From a virus (lineage: Duplodnaviria; Caudoviricetes), in the IMG/VR virus record IMGVR_UViG_3300025000_000251, positions 1 through 37,364 of that record: a DNA stretch of 37,364 nt; one strand, given 5' to 3'. A model generated the notes under the pieces. It was given only the letters and a program-made list of their open reading frames with translations. It was not told the origin of the DNA and made no database searches. Positions within the stretch are counted from its first letter, which is position 1. Every line of letters begins with the position of its first letter. The position numbers and the translations under genes are program-made. Positions 16,847 through 26,900 of this stretch are shown in pieces.

Positions 16847-18370
16847 GTGGCAATATTTTTCACGGACTTTTCTGAATACTCTACTGCCTCTCAGCCGAGT
16901 GACTGGACTGAGAGATGGGAAACAACAGACGGAACGTCAACGATTGTTGATGACGCTTCTATGCTGGGTGGGAAGAAACTCAGGCAGCTTAGTGCTGTAT
17001 CTGGGTATTACTTACTGTCATGGAACTCTCTTGATGCCTCTACCGATGTTGAGGCTCTTGTCAAATTTATTCCTGATACTGATGCCGACCATCTTTGCAG
17101 GGTGTTTGTCAGGGCATCTGGGCTGACTGCTGCCAGGACTGGGTATTTCGCGTTTCTCCATCCCCTCGGAGATGTGATAGGCATCCAGAAATATGTCAGT
17201 GCCACGTCAACAACCATTAGTTCCATAGCAAAGACCATAACAGTAGGCACCGCGTACCTGGCAAGATTTAGAGTTAATGGAAGTGATCTGAAACTGAAGG
17301 TGTGGGCTGACGGTGATTCTGAGCCTGCTTCTTGGGATATTGAGACAACAGATACTGCCATCTCTGCTGCTGGTTGGGCTGGACTTGGTAAGTATTCCAT
17401 ATCTACACAATATATAGACTGGGTGGCGTTTAGTACGGCAGGGGAAACAGCCAGTTTGCCACCTAATAGTATTGAACCTCCATCTGGGGCATTGACCCTG
17501 GCCGGTTCGTTTCCTGCTACCGGCGCTGCTCCTTCGACCAAAGCACTTGCCATTACAGCCGGGACTCCTGTAGCGACGACAGGGGTAGCCGTTTACCCAT
17601 CTTCAGGGGAACTTGCCATTACAACCGGCACCCCGACGACTCCATTAACGGTAATGCCGACTTCGGGGCAGATGCGGATTACCGGGCAAGTGCCAGTCCC
17701 TGACGTTTATGGCCTGATTGATTTTTCCGGCAACACAGCGCAGATGCAGGGGGATTGGTCGTTTGTCTATCCGCACGACTTCGCCGGGGAGACTCCTGCC
17801 TCGACGGGTGCTTTCGAGTTCGGTATGGAAATCTCAGGAGAAACGCCTGCGTCCACGGGCGTATTCGTCCTTGAGGAAATACAGTATGCCGACTTCATGG
17901 GCAATACCCCTGTCATGCAAGGAACGTTTGAGTTCGGCGCTGAATTTTCCGGAAAGACTCCAGTTATGCAGGGAGCGTTTGAATTTGAAGAGGAAAACTG
18001 GGGATCGTTCAGCGGAAAGACCCCGGCAATGTCCGGCAGTTTTGATATTGAACAGGCGATGGACTTCGCCGGCAAGTCTCCGGCAATGGAAGGCGCGTTC
18101 ACTGGCGAGATGGAGCAGTATGGATCTTTCTCTGGGACGACTCCTGCGATGGATGGCTCGTTCGATTTCCTTATCAGCGAGCTTTCGTTCTCCGGGTTGA
18201 CTTCTGCAATGGAGGGCGCGTTCGTCATCGGGCTTGATACCGGCATGGCCTTCAGCGGCAACACCCCCCCGACGGTCGGCGCGATGTTCATCGGCGTCGA
18301 TATCAACACGGATATTACCACTGCGAGCGATGAGATAATCCGGCACAGGAGGGGTTATGACAACGGTTAG
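16847..18370 (+). CDS. Putative tail fibre: N-terminal beta-sandwich (lectin-like) domain plus repeat shaft
   Basis: Lower-GC beta-rich N-terminal 200 aa (LKLKVW..EPASW), four PxSGxLxIT-like repeats, then ten FxGxTPxMxGxF repeats. Confidence 0.6.
   Translation: MAIFFTDFSEYSTASQPSDWTERWETTDGTSTIVDDASMLGGKKLRQLSAVSGYYLLSWNSLDASTDVEALVKFIPDTDADHLCRVFVRASGLTAARTGYFAFLHPLGDVIGIQKYVSATSTTISSIAKTITVGTAYLARFRVNGSDLKLKVWADGDSEPASWDIETTDTAISAAGWAGLGKYSISTQYIDWVAFSTAGETASLPPNSIEPPSGALTLAGSFPATGAAPSTKALAITAGTPVATTGVAVYPSSGELAITTGTPTTPLTVMPTSGQMRITGQVPVPDVYGLIDFSGNTAQMQGDWSFVYPHDFAGETPASTGAFEFGMEISGETPASTGVFVLEEIQYADFMGNTPVMQGTFEFGAEFSGKTPVMQGAFEFEEENWGSFSGKTPAMSGSFDIEQAMDFAGKSPAMEGAFTGEMEQYGSFSGTTPAMDGSFDFLISELSFSGLTSAMEGAFVIGLDTGMAFSGNTPPTVGAMFIGVDINTDITTASDEIIRHRRGYDNG
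17720..18286 (+). repeat. Ten degenerate 17-21 aa repeats (xFxGxTPxMxGxF)
   Basis: Examples: DFAGETPASTGAF, DFMGNTPVMQGTF, EFSGKTPVMQGAF, SFSGKTPAMSGSF, SFSGTTPAMDGSF. Confidence 0.85.
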
Positions 18371-18854
18371 GATAAACCTGCGTAACAACGGAGTGACCCA
18401 GTACGGCTATCCGACCGCCTTCGTCTCGTTTTGCATGTTCGGCGGCATCCCGATAGGCGCAAGCCCGGACGGGATATTCCGGCTTGACGGCGGACTGAAG
18501 GATGTCTTCACCACGACCTCGGATGAGAGGAATATCTCGGCTTGGTTTGAACTGGGGCCGTCCCAGCTGGGCGATGACCATGTGAAGCAAGGCAGGCGCC
18601 TGTATCTTGGCGGGGAATTTACCGGAAGCATGACAATCAAGGTGGATACCCCCAAGGCGTACGTTCCGACTATGACCTATACTGCGACACCCAGAGATAC
18701 AACATTGCTCCAGCATACCTTTGAAGTGCCCATAAGCAGCAAGCAGAAAGGCGAGTATTGGGGCATCACCGTCGCCAATGTTGCCGGTGCTGACTTCTCC
18801 ATAGACTTCCTCGACGGGATCTTCGTTCCAGTCAACCGCAGGCTCGGCCTGTGA
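18357..18854 (+). CDS. Hypothetical tail-module protein
   Basis: AGGAGG SD; beta-rich; overlaps both neighbours. Confidence 0.7.
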   Translation: MTTVRINLRNNGVTQYGYPTAFVSFCMFGGIPIGASPDGIFRLDGGLKDVFTTTSDERNISAWFELGPSQLGDDHVKQGRRLYLGGEFTGSMTIKVDTPKAYVPTMTYTATPRDTTLLQHTFEVPISSKQKGEYWGITVANVAGADFSIDFLDGIFVPVNRRLGL

Positions 18855-20398
18855 ATACCAACTGGGATGAAATAAGGGGTAAGGCTGAACGGGAGCAGAA
18901 CGTCCCGACGAAGACCTTTACCCATGATGGCACCCAGTACGCCCTGACCGGCGATCACCAGCGGGCGCATTCGCATTTTCACGAAGCGCGGGCGCACATG
19001 GGACAGTTGAAGCGGATCAACGTCAACAATCTGCCAATCATCTCAGGTATCAAATATTTTGACGACGGCTCGGTAGCGATGTTCAAGGTTGTGCATGGCA
19101 AGGAGGATATTCATATCGTCTCACCGATAGCGCAACTTGGAGGTGAAATTCCTCCTGTGCCGAAAAAGGGCGTTGACGAGGTTGAACAGATTGTCCCGGT
19201 ATTCAGGAGCATCGACAATACCCATTGGGTCGCGTGTCTCTCAGGTACGTTTGAACCTCCGTACTACCATTTCCCCAACACTTTTGAAATTCCTGCTGAA
19301 GCACTTGACGACAATATTGAGACCGACCTCGACAAACAATTTATCTCAATCGGCATAACCCTGATAGAGGATGGCATTGACCTGCCTGAACTGTATTTCG
19401 TCGCACAAACTGGGGGCAGACCATCAGCCGCAGAGATCGAGTGGAAATATTATGTAGATGCCAACGAGCCATATTATAGGGAGCTTTCTTTTAGCGAGAA
19501 GCAAGCGTACTACGTGTTCAGCGGCACCTGTTGCGAGGGTGGGTATGAATACATTGGAGGGCCAGGGTTCAAGGCGTGTTACTCAATGGCCCCTCCACAG
19601 CACTCATTCACGAAGGAGCACCATCAAGAGTTTGAGGTGTTCGGCCAGGTTGCGGCTCTGCCCAATTCAGAGTCTTCTGAGAGTGGGACTACGACCTCTG
19701 TCCATGCCGGGGGCTGTTCCGATGTGTGGGGTGATTGCGAGACAGCAATAGGTTTCGCTATGGCTGATTATACCCAAGCGAAAGACCTTGTAGCATGGGG
19801 ATCTTCTTATCCCGGTGTTGCTAACTCCGAGATTACATCATTCACCAGAGGCATTGGTCTTTTGGGAGATGATGGGCGGTCGATACGGGTAGAAAGGGAT
19901 AATGTTGATAACGTGGCCTCGTGCTATTCCATTGCGGAAGCAACAGAAACTCATACACATACAGCCTCGGTATCTGGTGGATGTGTCTTTACAGCTAATG
20001 TTGGAGAGGACGTATATACCACCAAGCATTCGTACAGTTACTGCTTCCGGGTGGATGATGACATATTTTTCCTGAGAGGCCCGACGACGGAGCAGTACCC
20101 ATATTACTCTCAGGGTTTTGATAATCAAGTCAAATATTACAACACGGACAGCATAGCAAGCGTGACAGGCATGATGTCCGCTGTTCTTGCTGAGTTTGAT
20201 AGTCCTGAAGGCTGGCTTGAGTACAACTATGTTGGTCCTAATTCTGGCGGGACCATCGCTACCCCAGTACGGTTTTACGCTGAGGTCAACGACGACGCAT
20301 ACACACACATCATCCCCAATGTAGAGGGGATAGACGATACAGTCCTGTTTAGAGGCGAGATTTTCCTCGGCTTAATAAAATACGAGATAGAGGCATAA
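18851..20398 (+). CDS. Hypothetical tail-module protein with lower-GC, Tyr/Cys-rich C-terminal part (possible receptor-binding protein)
   Basis: 515-aa ORF with a GTGA-coupled start; composition shifts after about 19400. Confidence 0.6.
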   Translation: MNTNWDEIRGKAEREQNVPTKTFTHDGTQYALTGDHQRAHSHFHEARAHMGQLKRINVNNLPIISGIKYFDDGSVAMFKVVHGKEDIHIVSPIAQLGGEIPPVPKKGVDEVEQIVPVFRSIDNTHWVACLSGTFEPPYYHFPNTFEIPAEALDDNIETDLDKQFISIGITLIEDGIDLPELYFVAQTGGRPSAAEIEWKYYVDANEPYYRELSFSEKQAYYVFSGTCCEGGYEYIGGPGFKACYSMAPPQHSFTKEHHQEFEVFGQVAALPNSESSESGTTTSVHAGGCSDVWGDCETAIGFAMADYTQAKDLVAWGSSYPGVANSEITSFTRGIGLLGDDGRSIRVERDNVDNVASCYSIAEATETHTHTASVSGGCVFTANVGEDVYTTKHSYSYCFRVDDDIFFLRGPTTEQYPYYSQGFDNQVKYYNTDSIASVTGMMSAVLAEFDSPEGWLEYNYVGPNSGGTIATPVRFYAEVNDDAYTHIIPNVEGIDDTVLFRGEIFLGLIKYEIEA

Positions 20399-20399
20399 T

Positions 20400-22376
20400 A
20401 TGGCAGGATTAGGATATCCAGCAGACGACTACGTAACAGAAGACCCGTTGACTACAGAGGTCACGCACAGCCTGGTGGCTGGCAGGTTTGCCTTGTCGCA
20501 GGACTACGCGAACCAGACCTTCAGCACGGCACTGAGTTATCTTGGGAGTAGCGATACAGGGTCGAATATCTCTTTCGGGTGGGGTCCGCCTTCTCCGATT
20601 GCTATTGGTTCGCCTGCCGGCATCTCTGGACTGGTGCCGACGACTCCGGTCAGTCCGACGATTACCCCGATTGCCATTACTCCCGTCGCGTTTGCTCATG
20701 CCGCTCCGGTCCTTGAGGATTACGACATTATCCCCTTGAGTGTCCCGGAGTTCAATGTGCCGCTGCCGAACTTCTTCATACCAGCAGCGCCGACCACACT
20801 GCCGCCAACCTTCACGCAGACCCCGCCGGCCGAACTGACGATCAATCTCCCCTCTGACGCGGAGATCCCTTCAGCGCCACCACTTCCGGTTCTCAGGGAA
20901 ATTCTACCACCGGATGAGCCTGTCTTCGCTCTGCCGGAGTTTGCCGCCATCTTCCCGACAGCAGACCTGACACCTCCCGATCTGGTCTATGTCTGGAATG
21001 AGGCGGCCTACGATACCGATTTCAACCGGATGCTGAGGCTGAAGATTGAGGACGGGATTCTCAACGGCGGCCAGGGAATGTTGCCGGAGGTCGAGCAAGC
21101 TATCTATGCCCGGGCGATTACCCGGCTTGACGCGGAATTGCAGAAAAACGAATTGCTCGCCCTGAACGACTTCGCCTCCAGGGGTTCACGGCTTCCGCAG
21201 GGAGCATTGGTTGCGAGGCTGAGCGAGGCGCAACTTCAGAGCGCGTTTGTCAGGGAGGATCTGACCAGGGACATTATGGTCAAGTCCGCCGACCTCGCCT
21301 ACCAGTATTCGACGTTCATCATCGAGAAGGGCCTGGCGCTTGAGCAGTCATACATGACGCTGTTCAACAACGTCCAGCAGCGGGCCTTCGATGCATCCAA
21401 GGTAACTCTTGAATTCCTCATTCAGGAATACGATATCCGGGTAAAAGCGTTCTCGGCGCGGCTGGAAGGGTACAAGACCGAAGCGGAGATTTTCAAGGCC
21501 AGACTGCAGGCCGAGATCGCCAAGGCAGAACTGTATAAGGCAACCATCGAGGGGAGGAAACTCTCCGTCGAGATGCAGGCCCTGACCGTTGAGTTGTACG
21601 GGAAGCAGCTGGCCGCAATCGACACGATGTCGAAAATCTATCTCGCCAAGGTCGAAGGTCAGAAGGTCATCTCCGAGATCAACGGGATCAGGGTCGAGCA
21701 GTTCCGGGCATACGTCGAGGCGTACAAGGCGCAGGTCGAAGGTGTGACGAGTGAATACAATCTCTATCAGGCCCAGATAGCCGGCGAGTCCGAGAAAGCC
21801 AAGATGTATTCCTACCAGGTCGAGGGGTACGGCAAGGTGGTTGAGGCCTACAAAACCCGTTCAGAGATTGACGTGTCTGTCCTCGATGCCAAAGTGAAAA
21901 AGAGCCAGGGTGAAGTCAATATCTTCATGGCCGAACTCGAGAAGTACAAGACTGATATTTCAGCAAACGTCAGTCAGGCGGAAATCCAGGCCAAGGCGGA
22001 AGGCTTGAAGTTGCAGGTCTTCGATGGGGAAATTAAGAAATTCTCGTCAATCGTCACCGCCTTGACCGACAGCTACAAAGCGGAGACAGCAGCCGCCATA
22101 GCCAACTCGGAAATCCAGCTGAGATACGGTGACATGCTGGCGAGGATTGAGGTCGCACAGGCTGAGATCAACGCGGAACTCATCAAGGCCAAAGCACAGA
22201 TTGCCAGTCAGCTTTCCGCCGCGGCATTGTCCAGCGTCAGCGCCGGCGCGAACCTTGGGTACAGCCAGAGTCGAAGCGACAGCAGCGGCAAGAGTAAATC
22301 CTACGGCACATCGGTATCTGATCAATACAGCGTAAGCCACAGCACCACCGAACGTAATTGTTGCAACGGAGAATAA
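20400..22376 (+). CDS. Virion protein with Pro-rich N-terminus, long coiled coil and Ser-rich tail
   Basis: Repeated YKAxxE-like heptads; C-terminal SQSRSDSSGKSKSYGTSVS; tail/ejection-module position. Confidence 0.65.
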   Translation: MAGLGYPADDYVTEDPLTTEVTHSLVAGRFALSQDYANQTFSTALSYLGSSDTGSNISFGWGPPSPIAIGSPAGISGLVPTTPVSPTITPIAITPVAFAHAAPVLEDYDIIPLSVPEFNVPLPNFFIPAAPTTLPPTFTQTPPAELTINLPSDAEIPSAPPLPVLREILPPDEPVFALPEFAAIFPTADLTPPDLVYVWNEAAYDTDFNRMLRLKIEDGILNGGQGMLPEVEQAIYARAITRLDAELQKNELLALNDFASRGSRLPQGALVARLSEAQLQSAFVREDLTRDIMVKSADLAYQYSTFIIEKGLALEQSYMTLFNNVQQRAFDASKVTLEFLIQEYDIRVKAFSARLEGYKTEAEIFKARLQAEIAKAELYKATIEGRKLSVEMQALTVELYGKQLAAIDTMSKIYLAKVEGQKVISEINGIRVEQFRAYVEAYKAQVEGVTSEYNLYQAQIAGESEKAKMYSYQVEGYGKVVEAYKTRSEIDVSVLDAKVKKSQGEVNIFMAELEKYKTDISANVSQAEIQAKAEGLKLQVFDGEIKKFSSIVTALTDSYKAETAAAIANSEIQLRYGDMLARIEVAQAEINAELIKAKAQIASQLSAAALSSVSAGANLGYSQSRSDSSGKSKSYGTSVSDQYSVSHSTTERNCCNGE

Positions 22377-22377
22377 C

Positions 22378-23850
22378 ATGACACCTGAAGAGAAGAAGAA
22401 GATTGCCAACCGATTGACCTCTGAGAAATATGAACTGAAGTTCAACGGCCGCCCTATCAGCGAGAGCGCCCTGTCATCGGAGAATATATCCAATGCGGCA
22501 GGGCAAGCGACCAGGAGCTTATTCTCAAACAGTGCACAGTTGCAACAGAAAAGGAAAACCGGGGAATACCCTTCAGCTGCTGAGATGAAGGCCAGAAGCA
22601 GGCCGGCCAGTGCAAATGATGGCGGGTTCTCCGGGGACAATGCAGCCGGATGGGTTGGGCAGGGTGCGAGACAGGTCGCTGAACCTGCCGCGCAACTATT
22701 AAAGACCGGGGCGAAATTCACAGCAGGGACCGCCGCCGATGCCGTAAATCTTATCCCCCGGGCAGCAATGAGGGTGAGCGATAATATCTATCGGGGATTC
22801 ACAGGCCAGCCAGCGAATACCGAGCCGTTCGTCATGGACCCAGCAACGCAGAGCCTATTCAGCGACAACAAACAGTCACCCGGGCGGAACCTTGCCGGTC
22901 AAGCCCTTGCAGCGGATCCAGGCGAGATGGCAAGGGAGAAACAGAGAGGCCAGCAGACCAATAACACAATTCCCACGAGTGACGTTCTGATGAACGACAG
23001 CCGGAAACAGGCAAATCCAATACTCGGCTTACCCCGACCAGCCCCTATCATCGGAGACCCAGAGAGGTCAATAAAGAATAGCCAGGAATGGCTGAGAGCG
23101 AACAAGCCAGGATACGCCCCCGGAACGGCCAAGAACAGCGCCGCGGAACTGGCTCAGCCTGCCACGACAGAGCAAACCCTGCTCGCCGAAAATCCATCCA
23201 GGATGGAGGTCATGAACGGCAACGTCTCAACGACATATGGTGGTCCTGGCGGGGGAGTGAAAACCTACGTTCCTTTCCCCACGGCGCCGCAGCCGACCAC
23301 CCGCACCGGCAACTGGGAATCACCTGAAGCACAGCGGGCAGCGTCAGAAGCATACGCACAGGAGGTCAGCGCCTACCGTGCCTTGAACGGGCAGATACCT
23401 CTTGACCAGGCGCAGGCGGCAAACGCCAACGCCAGCGCGGAGAGCGAATCCGGGATGCTTGGGATAAGGCAGAAGCTCGGCCAAGCCAGTCTCGGCGCAG
23501 CAGATCAGGAGCAGGAGCAGGCAGCCATGCTGTTCAACGCACAGAAACTCCTTGCTGATGGCAATTCAACACCAGAACAGATCGAGGGTGCCAATCGGGT
23601 GAATGATATTTTCGGAAAGACAGCCGAGATGAAGGTCGGGAGGTACAAGGACAAGCCAGTCTATGATCTTGACGGCAACCAGATAGGCACCAGGACGTAC
23701 GATACAGCCACGGGTAGGCCCGCCGACACCGGAGAGAAACCGTTGAGTAAAGGCGCGGCAGCGGCGCTTGAAGAGGTCAGAAAGGGGAGCGCCACGAAAG
23801 AACATTTCATTGAGATGTTTCCGGACTTCGCCTATATTTTTGGTCAGTAA
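22378..23850 (+). CDS. Putative internal virion/ejection protein
   Basis: 490 aa, Ala/Gln/Pro-rich low complexity, directly upstream of the giant gene. Confidence 0.55.
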   Translation: MTPEEKKKIANRLTSEKYELKFNGRPISESALSSENISNAAGQATRSLFSNSAQLQQKRKTGEYPSAAEMKARSRPASANDGGFSGDNAAGWVGQGARQVAEPAAQLLKTGAKFTAGTAADAVNLIPRAAMRVSDNIYRGFTGQPANTEPFVMDPATQSLFSDNKQSPGRNLAGQALAADPGEMAREKQRGQQTNNTIPTSDVLMNDSRKQANPILGLPRPAPIIGDPERSIKNSQEWLRANKPGYAPGTAKNSAAELAQPATTEQTLLAENPSRMEVMNGNVSTTYGGPGGGVKTYVPFPTAPQPTTRTGNWESPEAQRAASEAYAQEVSAYRALNGQIPLDQAQAANANASAESESGMLGIRQKLGQASLGAADQEQEQAAMLFNAQKLLADGNSTPEQIEGANRVNDIFGKTAEMKVGRYKDKPVYDLDGNQIGTRTYDTATGRPADTGEKPLSKGAAAALEEVRKGSATKEHFIEMFPDFAYIFGQ

Positions 23851-23865
23851 TCTTACTGTAAATCA

Positions 23866-23894
23866 TTGTTATGGTGATTTATTTGTGATATGAT
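23866..23894 (+). promoter_or_regulatory. Sigma70-like promoter upstream of the giant gene
   Basis: TTGTTA-17 nt-TATGAT with an extended -10 TGn, in an AT-rich gap of about 100 bp. Confidence 0.6.
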
Positions 23895-23954
23895 ATGGGC
23901 TATTTCACACACCGGTCAAGCTGTAAAATACTCGTTCATCTATAAGGTGATTTG

Positions 23955-26900
23955 ATGTCAGTAAACCCGCTCCAGAAATACCGAGACATGGACGCAGCCG
24001 AGCAGACCGTCAACCCCCTGAAGAAGTACCGGGATATGGACGCAGCCACCAACCCTGCCGCCAAACTGATGAGCGACGGGCAGGAGCCTGGTTATGACCT
24101 CATCGGCGGCATCAAAGATCTCGGCAAGATGGTCTACGACATCCCCATCCAGACCAAGGGGGCTGTCGGGCAATTACTGGAAGGCGATGACCCCTACGCC
24201 AAGACCAACTTTGCCGACACCTGGCAGCAGGAGGCCACGGCCAGGACCGCGCAACGGGCCGCCGAAACCACACCACAGGAGCGGGCCAGCAAGATCATTC
24301 CTCTCCCTGAGTTTCTGTCAGAAAATGGGGCATTGACCAGGGGGGATGTCCAGGACACCAGCCAAAGCACTGGTTTTTCCTTGGCGGCGATGGGAGCAGG
24401 TCTGGCAGGCGCAGGCGCTGGCACAGTGGCAGGTCTTGGTCCGTGGGGGACCGCTGGTGGCGCAATGGCCGGGGCCGGGACTGCCGCCTACAAGATGGAC
24501 AAGACGGCGATCACCCGGCAACTCATCGATTCAACCGAGAAGACCGTCGGCAAGCTGACCGACGCGCAACGGCAAGAACTTCTTGATAAGACGGAAGAGA
24601 TCCGGAACAACCATGCGCTGTGGGAGGCTGGCCCGGAAGCAGTCGGCACAGCCCTTTCCCTCTCCGGTATCGGCAAGATATTCAGCGGGGCCGCGAAGGG
24701 TGCAACCAGCAAGATAATCGCCGGTATTGTTTCTTCTCTCGGCGGCGAGCTGTCAACCGAGACCATTACCCAGATCGGCCAGAACATTGCCGAGCATGAG
24801 ATGGGGCTTGGCGATGGCGAAAAGATGGACTGGAACATGGAGAGCGCCGGCAAGGCCCTACAGGAAGTCGCCCCCTCTGTCCTTACTCTCACTGGCGCAA
24901 TGGGTGGCGGTGGGTATGTCGCCGGCAAGGCGGTCAAGGCGTTCGGAAAATCTGAAGAGGCTGGCCGGGATACCGCGGCGAATCTCGCCAGGAATCAGGC
25001 AGCCCTCGCAATCAAGCAGGCCAACCTGCCGACTGATGATCTGATGGCAGCACGGCAAGACCCGCAGCGGCTGGCGGAAATGGGCGTCACCGCCGATGAC
25101 ATCGATATTGTGATTGCCGACCGCAACGATGACCTGAATAGGGCCAAGGATATCCTGCTGGCGTCCGGAGAGTCCGGCCCGATGACCAGGACGGCGGCGC
25201 TCGGCATCAATGCTGAACAGGCCAAGATTGTCATGGGTCGGGAAAGAGATCGGGGCGAAGGCGTGGTTCCGATTTTCCCGTCCATTCCCCCGTTGATTGA
25301 CACCCCCCCGGCAGGCCCCCTGCAGGCGGCGGCTGATATGTTGATGGGCGGTACTGCGCTTCCAGGCCAGATTGATCCGGTAGCCGGCAATATGGCATCC
25401 TTCGAGGAAAACAGGAGGTCAACCCCGGAGGAGACAGTTGATACTCTCGCCAATGCGCCCGTCACCGACATCGAAAAGGGGCTGATGAGGGCTGAAGATG
25501 CCTCAGCATTCACCGGAACGACTTATACCGACCCGCAGGTGCAGGAAGCCACCCTTGCGCGACGAGGACAGGCCGAGGATGCTTTCATGCGGTTGCCGCC
25601 GAATGATGGTAATGCCCCCTCTCCGGTCGACCATCTCCTGCCCGCCTTCGATAAAATGCTCAATGAGGTGCGACAGGGAGAAGTCAGCAAATCCTATCAG
25701 AATCGTGAAGGCGAAACCACACCGAGGGCATCCACCCATCCCGACTGGTACAAGCAGGATACCGTCACAGCCTACAATAAAAAGTACGGCACCAGCCTGA
25801 AATTGGACAAGTCGATCATTGCCGCAACGGTGCGAAAAGTGCGCGACGGAAAGCCATTGACCGACCGGCAGGCCGCCGTGTTCGCCTACATGGAAGAGGT
25901 TGCCGGCAAGAAGGCGCAAACCGATCCCGATTTAATGGCCGGTCCAGTTTTTGACAAGCTCAACCGTGAGGGATTTGACATCCAGGCGCCGCAGGATATT
26001 CAAGCCGGAAGCCTGAAGCCTGGCGATGAGGTGGTGATCGAGAAGAACGGAGTGCCGGACAAGCTGGTTCATAAGGGATTCGACGGCAAGGGCAACGCTA
26101 TTCTACAGGATGGCGTCACGATGCACGTTGATCCATTTGAGCAGATCCAGATCATCGGCCAGAAGACAGGCGAGTCGAAGATCAGTCCGGACGAAGAGAA
26201 TTTCCTTGTCGGCATGGTCGGCAAAATCCGGGAGATCGGCAACGAGCAGGACGTTGACCGGATTTCTGGCGAGATCGAGCCATACTTTCAGCAGAATCCG
26301 CACCTTTCTCCTTACCGAGAGATGGTGGTCGGGGCTGTCGAGGAACGGCGGAATGAATTGGCAAAAGTCCGGGCAAATGAGCCGATAAATACCGGAGGCA
26401 ATTTACCAGAACCCGCCACTGTAGCGGACTTCACGCCTGCCACCGAAGGACAAATAGCCGGACAAATGAGCAGACAAGACAGCCCCTCGCCCATGCCCTC
26501 GACTCCTCCTCCGGGTGGCGACGTGGGTGGGGGTGCTGTCGCTTCACCAAACCTGCGCCCGGAAAATACACGGGATGAAAAGGTGGTTGCCGGGAAAGAA
26601 CCTTGGCAGATACCCACTGGCAAAGAATACGCAAGGTCGGTATTCAAGGCGCACGGATTGAAGGGTAAAATCAGTGCTGAAGAACTGGCAAGGTTCGGCA
26701 AGGAACATGTAAGGCTAATCAAGAATGCCATTGCCGATGGGAAAGATGTGCCGATGGATGTACTTGAAAACTACAGACTCAACGACTTCGCACGGGATGA
26801 GATAAACCGAGGCAAGGCAAGAGAGCAGGAGCAATCAGAAATATCGTCACGGGTAGGCAAGCAGCAGCAGAACGAGAAGGATTTCGCGCAGAACAGTCTG

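Noticed and set aside
17720-18286. CRISPR-like periodic repeats
   Set aside because: The repeats are degenerate at the DNA level, conserved at the protein level and lie inside an ORF.
16847-20398. Diversity-generating retroelement target (VR/TR)
   Set aside because: No reverse transcriptase in the window, and I saw no near-identical repeat pair of about 100 bp differing at adenines. A TR elsewhere in the genome cannot be excluded.
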